Notes: generated from the letters alone by a model not told the origin. A DNA stretch of 64,000 bases from Promethearchaeota archaeon (GCA_011364925.1 RDOA01000011.1:25478-89477), one strand, 5' to 3'; counted from the first letter of the stretch, positions 41,543-51,660 are shown. Translations and numbers: made by a program.

Positions 41543-42514
41543 CTATTTTGCTTTACCATTTAAAATTTTAAAAATTATGTCAAAATCAGAAAAATTAAAA
41601 GGTTTCAGTATAAAGCCGTCTGCCTGTGAATTCTTTAAATGTTTTTTTACTTCTGATGCAGATATCGCTGTAAGGAAGAATACTGGAATTTTCTTAAAAG
41701 TATTATCTGTTTTTATAGTCTGACAAATATCGTAACCACTTATATCTGGTAATATTATATCTAATAATATAACTTTCGGAATAGTTCGACGTAATTCTTC
41801 TAAGCCTTTTGATCCGCTAACTACTCCCTTACAAATAAATTCTTTACTTTCAAAATAACTAGTAATAAGTCGAATCGTTGCTAAATCGTCTTCAATCAAC
41901 AAGATGTCATATGGTGTAGTGTAAGGCTTAATATTATCTAAAAAATTCTTTATAATGCTCTCCAGTAAATTACTCTGATCAAAAATATTCTTAATGGTCT
42001 CTTCTACATGATTGCTTAACTTACCACGATATTCTTCGCTTTCAAGTAAGAGTTGAGAATATCCTTTAATTGATGTTAAAGGTTCCTTTAAAGCGTGAGA
42101 GATATTAGAGATAGTCGTTGGGTTTAACTTTGATAACTCGCTTGAAACTCTGCCCGAATCTTCTATAAATGTGGTTACGCTTTGCCTTATTAATTCAGAA
42201 AATGTTGGGAACTCTTCCTTGTTCACATTTATAAAATTTTGCCAATCGTTTTTTACATCATCAGCAACATATAATGATATTCTTTCCTTGTCTCTCGTAT
42301 ACACTTTTTCTCCTTTTAACCACCTGATAAAACTTTCCGTTACCATCCCTCTCCAAATCGGGTATTTAGTAGTTTCTGCCTTGTATTCTTCCATTAAATG
42401 TTTAGCCTTCTCGCTATCAAGGTCAAGATTTTCGATCTCCTCTTCGCTTAATATGGGTCTTTCCTCTTTTTTCCCCTTTTGGGAATCCTGGTTACTTTCT
42501 TCGGACCTAGTCAT
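41543..42514 (-). CDS. RHH-HisKA(DHp)-receiver fusion protein, paralog 2
   Basis: Same architecture: KERISLYVADDVKNDW...TFSELIRQSV, SHALKEPLTSIKG, IEDD/LLDIILPD/FLTA/LKPF. Confidence 0.85.
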   Translation of the reverse strand: MTRSEESNQDSQKGKKEERPILSEEEIENLDLDSEKAKHLMEEYKAETTKYPIWRGMVTESFIRWLKGEKVYTRDKERISLYVADDVKNDWQNFINVNKEEFPTFSELIRQSVTTFIEDSGRVSSELSKLNPTTISNISHALKEPLTSIKGYSQLLLESEEYRGKLSNHVEETIKNIFDQSNLLESIIKNFLDNIKPYTTPYDILLIEDDLATIRLITSYFESKEFICKGVVSGSKGLEELRRTIPKVILLDIILPDISGYDICQTIKTDNTFKKIPVFFLTAISASEVKKHLKNSQADGFILKPFNFSDFDIIFKILNGKAK

Positions 42515-42991
42515 CTTTTCATCTGATTTAACTCATACTTGTAAGATTTACCTTCAACCTTAACAAAGGAATTACAACGATTTTTAGTGCAAAAAATTAG
42601 TGAAAAAAGTATTATTTAAGATTATGGAAAAAGAAAATGATGTCTCAATTACTCGTTTCTCGTTTCGAGATAAAGCCGAATAGAGTCATGATCTCTCTTA
42701 AATAAAAAAAGGGATTTTTGATTATGTAATAGAAGTCGAATCAACAATCCTAACCATCTATATTGATCGGGGAAACATGGTTCTCAGAATATATATCTGG
42801 ATAATACAATATCAATTTTTTAAAGAAAATTGAGCAGTTTATATTGAAAAATATATATTTACATGTTACTGATATTTTTAATTCCAAAAAATAAATTAGT
42901 TATCTAACAATTCATATTCATTTTTGTCGTGTGAAAAAAAATACAATAATACTTTGTACAAATGGTAAAAAAAATGAAAATGATCGTAATA

Positions 42992-43088
42992 TTTAAATAG
43001 GTGTGTGTAATTAATTTTATTATGTCGAGTTTGTGTGCGCAAAATTTTTAATTTTTGATTTCAAATTTTTCAAATTACAAATGCGACA
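42992..43088 (+). promoter_or_regulatory. putative tfb promoter (TATA TTTAAATA) and 5'-leader stem-loop
   Basis: TATA-like box at 42992-42999; 43023-43035 pairs with 43076-43088 (12 of 13 positions, including 2 G-U). Confidence 0.4.
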
Positions 43089-43128
43089 AAAATTTTTTTG
43101 ATAATAATAAGGGAAGTGGTATAATAAC

Positions 43129-44016
43129 ATGGTCGTTGAAATAGATATTACATCAAATTTATGTCCCGAATGTGGAGGACCTACTGTTAGTATTCAGGAA
43201 AGGGGAGAAACAGTCTGTCAGCAATGTGGATTAGTAGTTGGTGAGAGAGGTCTAGATGTCACTCACAGTGGAATACGAGCATATTCAAAACACGAAAAAG
43301 ATAGAAAAGAACGAACAGGGTCTCCAATGTCTATCTTAATGCCCGATATTGGTCTAAGCACTGTGATCGACAGAACAAAAATCAAGAATCCTGACTTAAG
43401 ACGCGCTGCGAAATGGAATACTCATTTATCCTGGGAAAAAAGGAATATGTTAATGGCTATTACCGAATTAAAAAGAATAGGTGGAAATTTAAATTTTCCT
43501 GAAAGAGTGAAAAAATCTGCGGTGCGATTATACAAAGAAGTTTTTAAAAGACAGCTTTTAAGGGGTAGGTCTATTAATGGAATGGTGGCTGCTTGTGCGT
43601 ATTACGCATGCAAGGATGAAAAAGTTCCTATAACACTCCAAGAAATTTTAGAAGAAGCATCTATTAACGACAATATCGTAAAGAAATGTTACAAAATCTT
43701 AGTTCGTGAACTTAATTTAAAAATCTCGCATATCGATCCTGTTACACTAATTCCACGTTATTGTGCTGATTTAAATTTAGGAATCGAAGTAGAAAAAGAA
43801 GCTATGAGAGTACTTCACAATTTTATTGTAAGGACTTCTATATCTGGAAAGGATCCTAAAGGATTATGTGCTGGTGCAATATATCTCGTGTCTAAATTAA
43901 GAAATGTAAAAGTATCACAGAAGGACATTTCTCATATAATAGGCGTAACAGAAGTCACGCTACGCTCTAGATATAAAGAGCTACTTAAGAACATCAGTTT
44001 AAATTTTAACGCCTAA
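43129..44016 (+). CDS. tfb: transcription initiation factor IIB (TFB paralog)
   Basis: CPEC...CQQCG Zn ribbon, two cyclin repeats (RGRS, GKDPKG), GVTEVTLRSRYKEL. Confidence 0.95.
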   Translation: MVVEIDITSNLCPECGGPTVSIQERGETVCQQCGLVVGERGLDVTHSGIRAYSKHEKDRKERTGSPMSILMPDIGLSTVIDRTKIKNPDLRRAAKWNTHLSWEKRNMLMAITELKRIGGNLNFPERVKKSAVRLYKEVFKRQLLRGRSINGMVAACAYYACKDEKVPITLQEILEEASINDNIVKKCYKILVRELNLKISHIDPVTLIPRYCADLNLGIEVEKEAMRVLHNFIVRTSISGKDPKGLCAGAIYLVSKLRNVKVSQKDISHIIGVTEVTLRSRYKELLKNISLNFNA

Positions 44017-44121
44017 TCCCATACTCTTGATAGAGATTATACTTTCAAATTTTTTTGTATTAAGCTTCCTCAATTTAACATTATAAAAATTAGCTTTTAG
44101 TGGGAAATAAGATATTTGATT

Positions 44122-44805
44122 CTAAAGAGCATTAGTGCTCGTTAGAAGAGCCATAATGTAATCAGCTACTTCTTCGATAGAATCAGAAATTGCCTCTAGA
44201 ATGTCAAAAACATTTCCAACAGTGAAGATAGTGAAGAAATTAACGTCGTATTTTACTTCTTGAAGACTTTCCCTCAGCTTTATGTTAAGTAAATCAACCT
44301 CATGCTCGTATTGGTTTATTTTTTTTACATATTCCTTTATATTACTTCTTTCTCCAACTAAATCAATCACAATCTTATCCAAATAATCAACAGCTTTTAC
44401 AGTTGTTTCGATTATCTCTAAGATTAAATTTATCGACTCTTCTTTGCTTTGTTCCCAAAACCTTGTTGGAATAGTTGATATCCTACGAGCGACGCCAGTA
44501 CTGCAATTTGCTACATCATCTAATCTTTTAATTAAATGAGATAAATTTAATCTCGTACTTGGATTTAACTCTCCTTTTGAAACATCTTTTAAGATCTCTC
44601 TTCTTATCTCATCAGCTTCCCCCTCTAAAAGATCCACTCTCTCAAAATTTTCTCGTGCTTTAGAAAGATTTTCTTCCATTAATAGTACTCTCAATCCTTT
44701 CTCAAGTTCTTTAACACATTCTTTATCTATCTGAGCGTGTTTGATTGTTTTTTCCAAAACATTTAATGCAGTTTCTCGTTTTAAAAATTCTATTAATGAA
44801 CCCAT
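44122..44805 (-). CDS. DUF47/PhoU-like phosphate transport regulator
   Basis: LEGEADEIRR, LDDVAN, EHEVD, ISDSIEEVAD. Confidence 0.88.
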   Translation of the reverse strand: MGSLIEFLKRETALNVLEKTIKHAQIDKECVKELEKGLRVLLMEENLSKARENFERVDLLEGEADEIRREILKDVSKGELNPSTRLNLSHLIKRLDDVANCSTGVARRISTIPTRFWEQSKEESINLILEIIETTVKAVDYLDKIVIDLVGERSNIKEYVKKINQYEHEVDLLNIKLRESLQEVKYDVNFFTIFTVGNVFDILEAISDSIEEVADYIMALLTSTNAL

Positions 44806-44874
44806 TATTATCACTCCAAATTCTTTCTCTTCTTTTACTATATATTACTATTACTTTTTGTTTTTTATATTTTT

Positions 44875-45906
44875 TTAAGTTAATCCAAACGAATTGAATC
44901 CGAGATAAATAAATCCTGCAACAATTGCAGCAATCGGAAATGTAAGAATCCAGTACATTGCCATTTTTCCTAAACCTTTATAGTCAATTTCTTTTTTTTG
45001 CGCTAGACTCATACCAATAATACAGAAGACTATAACGTGACTGTGTGATATTGGTAAACTTAATAAAGTCGCAATCATCAAGATTAAGGCTGAACTTAAT
45101 TGTGTGATAAGACCTTCACTTGGTCGAGAATTGATCATTTGGGATGCAAGATTTCTTACAACAAACCTCGCAGCAATATAGATCCCAAAACATGAAGAGA
45201 TACCACAAAAAAAGGCAAATAATAAATATGACTCAAAATTCAAAGAACCATTATCTAACAGGCCATAGAGAATTCCTAATGCCTCACCTGAATTAGCACC
45301 TACCCATATCTCAGCAAAAATGACTGCTACTAATAGGAACCATTTAAAGTATTTCTCAGATCGCTCGATTTGATTCAATCCCTTTAAGCGAGAAAGATAA
45401 GTCTTTGCAAGTATCCTAAACAGAGAAAAAGTAATTATCAAACCAAAAGCAGGCGATAAAAACCAACCAAGGATAACATTGTTCAATTTTGCCCAATTAA
45501 ATGCTGTAGCAGGATTTACAACGCCTTGCGTAAAGGAATATACGAATACAACTCCCACAATGCTTCCAACAAGAGAATGTGTGCTGCTTAGAGGGATTCC
45601 CGCGAAGCTACCAATTATTAACCAAAGAATACTGCTTATTAGAACTGTTAACAACATAAAATCTGTATAAACTAACGCTTCCCCCAATAAATCAGCACCA
45701 ACGGTTTTTGCTACAAACGCGAAACTAAAAGAAAACATTCCTGCCCCAACAGCTATACCACCAATTAGTAATGCCAAACTAAATTTAAGTACTCCCGCTC
45801 CGACTAAGGTAGATAATGTTTCATCATTTGCTCCAATCGAAAATGCGAGGGCTATTGCCAAAATAATTAAGACAATTACTAAAATTGATAGTGTGTTGAC
45901 TGCCAT
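44875..45906 (-). CDS. pit: PiT-family inorganic phosphate (anion) transporter
   Basis: GAND, GIPLSSTHS, LPISHSH; multiple TM segments. Confidence 0.88.
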   Translation of the reverse strand: MAVNTLSILVIVLIILAIALAFSIGANDETLSTLVGAGVLKFSLALLIGGIAVGAGMFSFSFAFVAKTVGADLLGEALVYTDFMLLTVLISSILWLIIGSFAGIPLSSTHSLVGSIVGVVFVYSFTQGVVNPATAFNWAKLNNVILGWFLSPAFGLIITFSLFRILAKTYLSRLKGLNQIERSEKYFKWFLLVAVIFAEIWVGANSGEALGILYGLLDNGSLNFESYLLFAFFCGISSCFGIYIAARFVVRNLASQMINSRPSEGLITQLSSALILMIATLLSLPISHSHVIVFCIIGMSLAQKKEIDYKGLGKMAMYWILTFPIAAIVAGFIYLGFNSFGLT

Positions 45907-45925
45907 TTCGGATCGAATATTAGTT

Positions 45926-46588
45926 TTACTTGAAAATCAAATATTTAATCGCTAAAAATTGAATATATTCCGAAAAATTTTTCATATGGTCAGCCAGCAT
46001 CATAATATCTTCTATTAAATTTTTCAAATATAAAAAAGTTCTCGATAGGTAATCCATATCATAATTATACAAGCGATTAAGCAACTTCCATTCTTCATCT
46101 CTCATTTTCCTTCTCTCTTCTTTAATATCTTCACAAATATCATGAGCCTTACTCAAGTCGGTTCCGATATTTTTTATTGCTTCAGCCAAATCATTAGAAA
46201 TTATTCTTAGAGATTTCATAATACTTATTATTTGGAGCTTGAACTCCTTATCAGGAAATACAACTTTATAGAGAAGCAATCGATTTGCAAGATATTCTCC
46301 TATATTTTTAATATCGTTAATTTTATTAAAGAGCTTAAGGCGATCTGCTTTTGAAAACATCAATTTTGACTTAAATATTTTAGATTCAAAAGTTTTCTTA
46401 ATTCTTACCTCGGTATTTGTCTCAATTACATATTTTAGATTTTGAGTGAATTTATCGAATTTCTCATCAGCAAGAAATTCAATACCTTCAATTAGGATTA
46501 AATTTTGTTCGTTTATATTATCTACAAATAAGTGCGTTAATTCGTCGATACTTAGTTTTTTTAAATCTTTGTCACTTATTTCTTCCAT
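45926..46588 (-). CDS. second, divergent DUF47/PhoU-like protein
   Basis: All-helical; SKADRLKL and IEDIMMLADHMKN resemble DUF47; co-oriented with pit. Confidence 0.7.
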   Translation of the reverse strand: MEEISDKDLKKLSIDELTHLFVDNINEQNLILIEGIEFLADEKFDKFTQNLKYVIETNTEVRIKKTFESKIFKSKLMFSKADRLKLFNKINDIKNIGEYLANRLLLYKVVFPDKEFKLQIISIMKSLRIISNDLAEAIKNIGTDLSKAHDICEDIKEERRKMRDEEWKLLNRLYNYDMDYLSRTFLYLKNLIEDIMMLADHMKNFSEYIQFLAIKYLIFK

Positions 46589-46776
46589 TATAAGCCCATC
46601 CTTAAGTGCTCTAATGCGAAATTACAATTTTGGTTGATAGATTCTATATAGAGATATTAATTTCTAAATAATTTAATTTTCCTATTTGTTTATTAACTAT
46701 AGAATATAAATATCTTCTGTTAGAAAACTTGAAGTCTTATTGAAAATATAAACTTTCTTTTCTCTATTACCTTGAG

Positions 46777-47007
46777 ATGAGTTATACTCAAACATTTTAT
46801 TTTTTTCGTTGTTATCACTGTGGGGAATGGTTTTACAGTAATAAAATAATTAAGACTAAAAAATGCTGGAAATGTGATCGTTCATTCCAATTCAAAAACT
46901 CTACAAAATTTACTAAAATGGTAACACTTCAAGAAGCAATAAAAATTATAAAGAATCTGAAAATGAAAGGAGAAATGGAAACACTTCGTAAGTTTCTGAA
47001 TATGTAA
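46777..47007 (+). CDS. small Zn-ribbon protein (DUF1922-like)
   Basis: FRCYHCG...KKCWKC followed by a C-terminal helix. Confidence 0.7.
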   Translation: MSYTQTFYFFRCYHCGEWFYSNKIIKTKKCWKCDRSFQFKNSTKFTKMVTLQEAIKIIKNLKMKGEMETLRKFLNM

Positions 47008-47121
47008 ATGAAAAAGAGCCATTAATAAATTTAAAAAATAAAATTATTTAACCCTCTCTTCTTCACTCTCTTAAAGTTCTTAACTTTTATAACGAGTCAA
47101 TATTTACAGTCAACATTTGGA

Positions 47122-48585
47122 TTGGATTATTTTATGGAGATACACGATGATTTAAGACTATTTGATGAAGCCTTTATTAAACAATTAAATCGAGAAGCTG
47201 AAAATAAAATTGAATATTGGGACATAAGGGCAACATTTACGGAAGGTACAACTTTAGACTTCACTGATCAGAAGAGCACCGAGATTTCTTCTTACGATCT
47301 TACTAGTTGTGGTATCAGGACTTTTGTCAATGGAGGATGGGGATTTTATGTCTTAAAGGATATTGACAAGCACAAAATAAAAGCTGGTTTTCTAAAATCA
47401 ATAAAATTGTCAGTATTGACAGAATCTTTATCTAAAAATAAGTTCAAGATCAAAGAAAGAGATCCTATTGTTGAGGATTTTAAAATAGATACTCAAATTA
47501 AATTATCTAATGTTGATATTGAAGAAAAAATTCAATTGGTTAAAAATCACGAAAAATTCGCCTCTGATTATTCTAAAATGATAAAAAATACCCGTACAAT
47601 CTATATGGATGGTCTAAATGATTCTATATTTATAAACTCATTTGGAAGTATTGTTAAACAAAAGCTTTCGTATTTACGACTTTTAAACATGGTTTATTCT
47701 CAAAAGTCGGGTGTTATACAGAGATCAATTAACTCAATAGGGGGATTGGGTGGATTTGAGATATCCTCTACAGAAAAGGCTGAAAATCTAAGCCAAAAAA
47801 CAGCAGAAGAATCAATTACACTATTAAACGCTAAATCTCCAGTTGGTGGAAAATTCACAGTTGTGACAGATTCGAAACTAGCAGGAACAATGATCCATGA
47901 GGCATTAGGCCACGCCTGTGAAGCTGATTTGGTTTTAAGTAAAGAAAGTGTTCTAGAGGGGAAAATAGGTCAGAAAATTGCTTTAGACGATATAAATATT
48001 ATAGATAATCCATCAATAGGTCAAGGAAAACAGTTTGGGTTACCCTACGAGTTATTTGGGAGTTACTTCATTGATGATGAAGGAATTCCTTCCCAAAAAA
48101 CTATTATCATTGAAAATGGGATATTAAAGAACTATCTACATAGTTTAGAGACTGCTTCAAGGATGCAATTAATTCCAAACGGTCATGGACGAGCTTCTTC
48201 GAGTTCTTCAAAGCCGCAAGTACGTATGGGATTTACTTACATTGAACCAAAAGATTGGGATATCGATGAATTAATAGAAGATACGAAGAACGGTATTCTC
48301 TGTGAAGATTTTTTATATGGATACACAAATCCTACCACTGGTAACTTTCAATTTAAATGCAAATTTTCGTACAAAATAGAAAATGGGGAGAAAAAGGAAA
48401 TGATGCGGGATGTTGCGTTATCAGGTATGATCTTAGAAGTATTAAACAGAGTCTCAGGAATAGGCAATAAAAAGACTTTCAATTACTCAGACGGTATTTG
48501 TGGTAAGGGAGGCCAGAGTGTCCGCGTTTGTGACGGTGGACCATACATAAGAATTGAAGATATAACTGTAGGAGGTCTGAATTAA
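47122..48585 (+). CDS. tldD: TldD metalloprotease
   Basis: HEALGHACEAD, IDDEG, NGHGRA, CGKGGQ...GGP; start may be the ATG at 47134. Confidence 0.93.
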   Translation: MDYFMEIHDDLRLFDEAFIKQLNREAENKIEYWDIRATFTEGTTLDFTDQKSTEISSYDLTSCGIRTFVNGGWGFYVLKDIDKHKIKAGFLKSIKLSVLTESLSKNKFKIKERDPIVEDFKIDTQIKLSNVDIEEKIQLVKNHEKFASDYSKMIKNTRTIYMDGLNDSIFINSFGSIVKQKLSYLRLLNMVYSQKSGVIQRSINSIGGLGGFEISSTEKAENLSQKTAEESITLLNAKSPVGGKFTVVTDSKLAGTMIHEALGHACEADLVLSKESVLEGKIGQKIALDDINIIDNPSIGQGKQFGLPYELFGSYFIDDEGIPSQKTIIIENGILKNYLHSLETASRMQLIPNGHGRASSSSSKPQVRMGFTYIEPKDWDIDELIEDTKNGILCEDFLYGYTNPTTGNFQFKCKFSYKIENGEKKEMMRDVALSGMILEVLNRVSGIGNKKTFNYSDGICGKGGQSVRVCDGGPYIRIEDITVGGLN

Positions 48586-49962
48586 ATGGAGAGCACGGTT
48601 GATGTGTATGAATTGGCTAAATATGGAATAAGATTCGCGGAAAAGAAATGTCGTTCGTTCAAATGTGCTGAAATTTTTGTTGGAAATTCACAATATACCA
48701 ATATTGAGCTCGAAGAGAATTCGATAAAATATAGTGAAATAGGAAGCGATAAAGGAGTCTCTTTTAGAATTTACAACAATAAGGGTTCTATCGGATTCGC
48801 ATTTACAAATCAATTGAATAAAAAGGTTGTAGAAAACACAGTTATTAACGCTGCTAAAATGATGAGCGCAGGTACTTCAGATCCATATTTCAAAAATTTA
48901 CCTGGAGAATATAAAAGCTATCCCGAAGTGGATAATTTATATGATAAGAGCATTAAAACATTAACAGTTGAAGATTCGATTAACTTTGTTAAAGAATTAG
49001 TCCAAGTTTGCTCTGAAGATGACTTAGCGATTTCCCAGTCTGGAGATTTCACAGCAAATCACAATAAATCCTACATTTTAAATTCAAATGGGATTGAAGT
49101 GTTTGGAGAAGAAACTTTATTTTCAATTTCTTCAAATATGATTGTCAAAGACAAAATAACTGGAGAAACTTCAAATGGATACGAATCCCAAATTAAAAGA
49201 AAATTAATAGATATCGATGCAATGTATACCGCAGAAGAAGCATTGAAAAATGCGAAGAAAAATCTAAACCGAATAAAAATTAAAACAAAAAAAATGCCAA
49301 TAGTATTAACTCCTAAAGGAACCATAAATCTGATTTTAAGCCCAATTGCGTCAGCTATAAACGCGCAATTATTCCAATATAAACGTAGCTTTTTAGTTGA
49401 TAAACGAGAAACTAAGATCGGTTCAGAACATCTAACTGTTGAAGATAACGCCTTAATACATGGAGCTGTAGGATCTAGCAACTTTGATGGGGAAGGAGTC
49501 CCATGTAAAAATAAAAAAATCATTGATAAAGGAATTTTCTTGAAAACAGGGTTATTACATAATAGTTATACAGCGGGGAAAGAAGGAATCGAAAGCACTG
49601 GTAATGCTTCCAGAAGGTCTTTTAGTTCTATCCCAACAATAGGGATATCAAATTTAATCTTAAAACCTGGAAATATATCTCAAGAAGAATTGATAAAGGA
49701 TATTAAAGAGGGGATTTTGTTAAATTCTACAGCTGATTCTCCAAATATCTCAACTGGTGATTTTTCTGGACTTATATCCCAGGGAAATTTAATAATCAAG
49801 GGAGAAATTAAGCAAGCTTTAAATGAAACAATGTTTGGTATTAATTTGTTAGAACTTTTTAAAAATATTATGTTAGTTTCAAAGGAATTTAAAGTGTATG
49901 GTTCATATTACGCTCCTTTCGTGAAGATCGATAATGTACAAATAATAGGAGCGAATTCTTAG
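48586..49962 (+). CDS. pmbA: TldE/PmbA protein
   Basis: FDGEG, STGNA, SNL, TGDFSG; no HExxxH; adjacent to tldD. Confidence 0.92.
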   Translation: MESTVDVYELAKYGIRFAEKKCRSFKCAEIFVGNSQYTNIELEENSIKYSEIGSDKGVSFRIYNNKGSIGFAFTNQLNKKVVENTVINAAKMMSAGTSDPYFKNLPGEYKSYPEVDNLYDKSIKTLTVEDSINFVKELVQVCSEDDLAISQSGDFTANHNKSYILNSNGIEVFGEETLFSISSNMIVKDKITGETSNGYESQIKRKLIDIDAMYTAEEALKNAKKNLNRIKIKTKKMPIVLTPKGTINLILSPIASAINAQLFQYKRSFLVDKRETKIGSEHLTVEDNALIHGAVGSSNFDGEGVPCKNKKIIDKGIFLKTGLLHNSYTAGKEGIESTGNASRRSFSSIPTIGISNLILKPGNISQEELIKDIKEGILLNSTADSPNISTGDFSGLISQGNLIIKGEIKQALNETMFGINLLELFKNIMLVSKEFKVYGSYYAPFVKIDNVQIIGANS

Positions 49963-49972
49963 GATATAATTT

Positions 49973-50500
49973 TTAAGAGGATGTAATATTTAAACGCATT
50001 GTTAAAATTTCCCAAAATTTATCTTTTAACCCAATGTTACTTTCCCATAATTCCGCAATTACAATTTGATTAGCTCCTGGTTGAGTAAAAGAAATATTAT
50101 ACGCATTCGAAATCCAATTTTTTCCGTGTGAAAGGAAAATCACTGATGAGTTCAAATAAGATGTAGCGTTTATTGAGCCAAATGGACCTATTTTTGTGTT
50201 ATTATTTCCTTTAAGGATTTCTATTCGAAACGAAAAATCTCGATTTAAAAAGTTACCAACTGACACATAAAAAGTAATATTTTCACCAACTGTTGCATTC
50301 GTTGGATAATTCTCTGCTTTTCTATTAGAATTAAGCAACCCATAGGTAATATAACCAGGCTTAGGAGTCAATAAAGAATAAATAATAAAACCTGAAATTA
50401 TAATTATCCCAATAATCAAAAAAATTTTTAGAATATTATCAAATTGTTTATAATTTTGTTTTATGTCTTTAAATCTTGTTTTCTTATCCCTATTGGACAT
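49973..50500 (-). CDS. DUF1616-like membrane-anchored protein
   Basis: One TM segment, then GLLN...KAENYPTN...GE and an Asn-rich beta domain. Confidence 0.65.
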   Translation of the reverse strand: MSNRDKKTRFKDIKQNYKQFDNILKIFLIIGIIIISGFIIYSLLTPKPGYITYGLLNSNRKAENYPTNATVGENITFYVSVGNFLNRDFSFRIEILKGNNNTKIGPFGSINATSYLNSSVIFLSHGKNWISNAYNISFTQPGANQIVIAELWESNIGLKDKFWEILTMRLNITSS

Positions 50501-51554
50501 TATATTTGAACCAATTTATTGTTTTCAGTAATCCTTCTTGTAAAGGTGTTGTGGGTTGCCAATTTAGAATCTTCTTAGCTTTACTTAAGTCAGCACACCT
50601 TCTTACTGGATCGTCAATAGGTAGAGTTTTAAAAACAATTTCTGACTTGGAATTCGCTAATTCCTTTATAATTTTAGCCAACTCCAAAATTGTGTATTCT
50701 TTGTTGTTTCCTAAATTAATAACTTCTCCAATAGCTTCTCTGTTATGAACGAACTTCAGAATTCCCTCAATCTCATCAACAACATAGATAAACGATCGTG
50801 TCTGTGAACCATCACCAAAGATTGTGATTTCTTCATTATTTAGAGCTTGATGTATAAAATTTGGAACTACTCTTCCAAATTCAGGACCGTATCTAATTCT
50901 TGGTCCAGATGTATTAAAAATTCGCACAATTTTAGTTTTAATTCCGTGTTGTAGTTCATAAGCTTTAACAAAAGCTTCTCCAGCTCTTTTAGATTCATCA
51001 TAGCAACTTCTGGGACCTACGGGATTGACATGCCCAAAATAGGTTTCTGCAGTTGGAATTGCTTCATCAGGAGGATTGCCATACACCTCTGATGTGCTTG
51101 TATAGAAAAACAAAGCATTGTGAGCTTTAGCGATACCTAGTGCGTTCATAGTTCCTAATGTATTGCTTTTAAGTATAGGTATTGGATATTTTTTAAACTC
51201 GAATGGAGATGCTCTACTTGCCATATGCATCACGATATCTATTCGCTTAATATCACCAATACAAATTCCGTTTGGATGATGGGTCAATCCAAAGAATATT
51301 GGGTTAGAAATATCATGATTAATAAAACGAAAATTTACCTCATTCATTAAATGAGAGATGTTTTCAAATCTCCCAGAAGAGAGATTATCTAAACAAACAC
51401 AATTAGCTCCTTGATTTATTAGAACATCACACACCCAAGAACCTAAGAAACCTGCTCCACCTGTCACAAGGATTGTCTTCCCCTGAAATGTGATGCTATC
51501 TTTTTGTAAACGATTTAATATTTCATCGAGATCTGCTTTAAAATCGTATTTCAA
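50490..51554 (-). CDS. UDP-glucuronate decarboxylase-like extended SDR
   Basis: TGGAGFLG, STSEVYG, PRSCYDESKR, GDGSQTRSF, DDP..R. Confidence 0.9.
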   Translation of the reverse strand: MKYDFKADLDEILNRLQKDSITFQGKTILVTGGAGFLGSWVCDVLINQGANCVCLDNLSSGRFENISHLMNEVNFRFINHDISNPIFFGLTHHPNGICIGDIKRIDIVMHMASRASPFEFKKYPIPILKSNTLGTMNALGIAKAHNALFFYTSTSEVYGNPPDEAIPTAETYFGHVNPVGPRSCYDESKRAGEAFVKAYELQHGIKTKIVRIFNTSGPRIRYGPEFGRVVPNFIHQALNNEEITIFGDGSQTRSFIYVVDEIEGILKFVHNREAIGEVINLGNNKEYTILELAKIIKELANSKSEIVFKTLPIDDPVRRCADLSKAKKILNWQPTTPLQEGLLKTINWFKYNVQ

Positions 51555-51660
51555 GTTAACAACCTACAAAATTTAAACTAATAATCTTTTAAAGAGTTTT
51601 ATTTATTAAAAAGATATAGATTCTTTACAGTCTCTATTCAAAAAATAACGACTGATAGAA

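Noticed and set aside
38868-42514. Integrated element at the tRNA cluster
   Set aside because: No integrase or transposase, and no duplicated tRNA 3' end (att repeat) was seen by eye
42624-42683. 19-codon ORF (MEKENDVSITRFSFRDKAE) or C/D-box-like motif in the long intergenic region
   Set aside because: Too short, no clear SD, and no complete C box/D box pair
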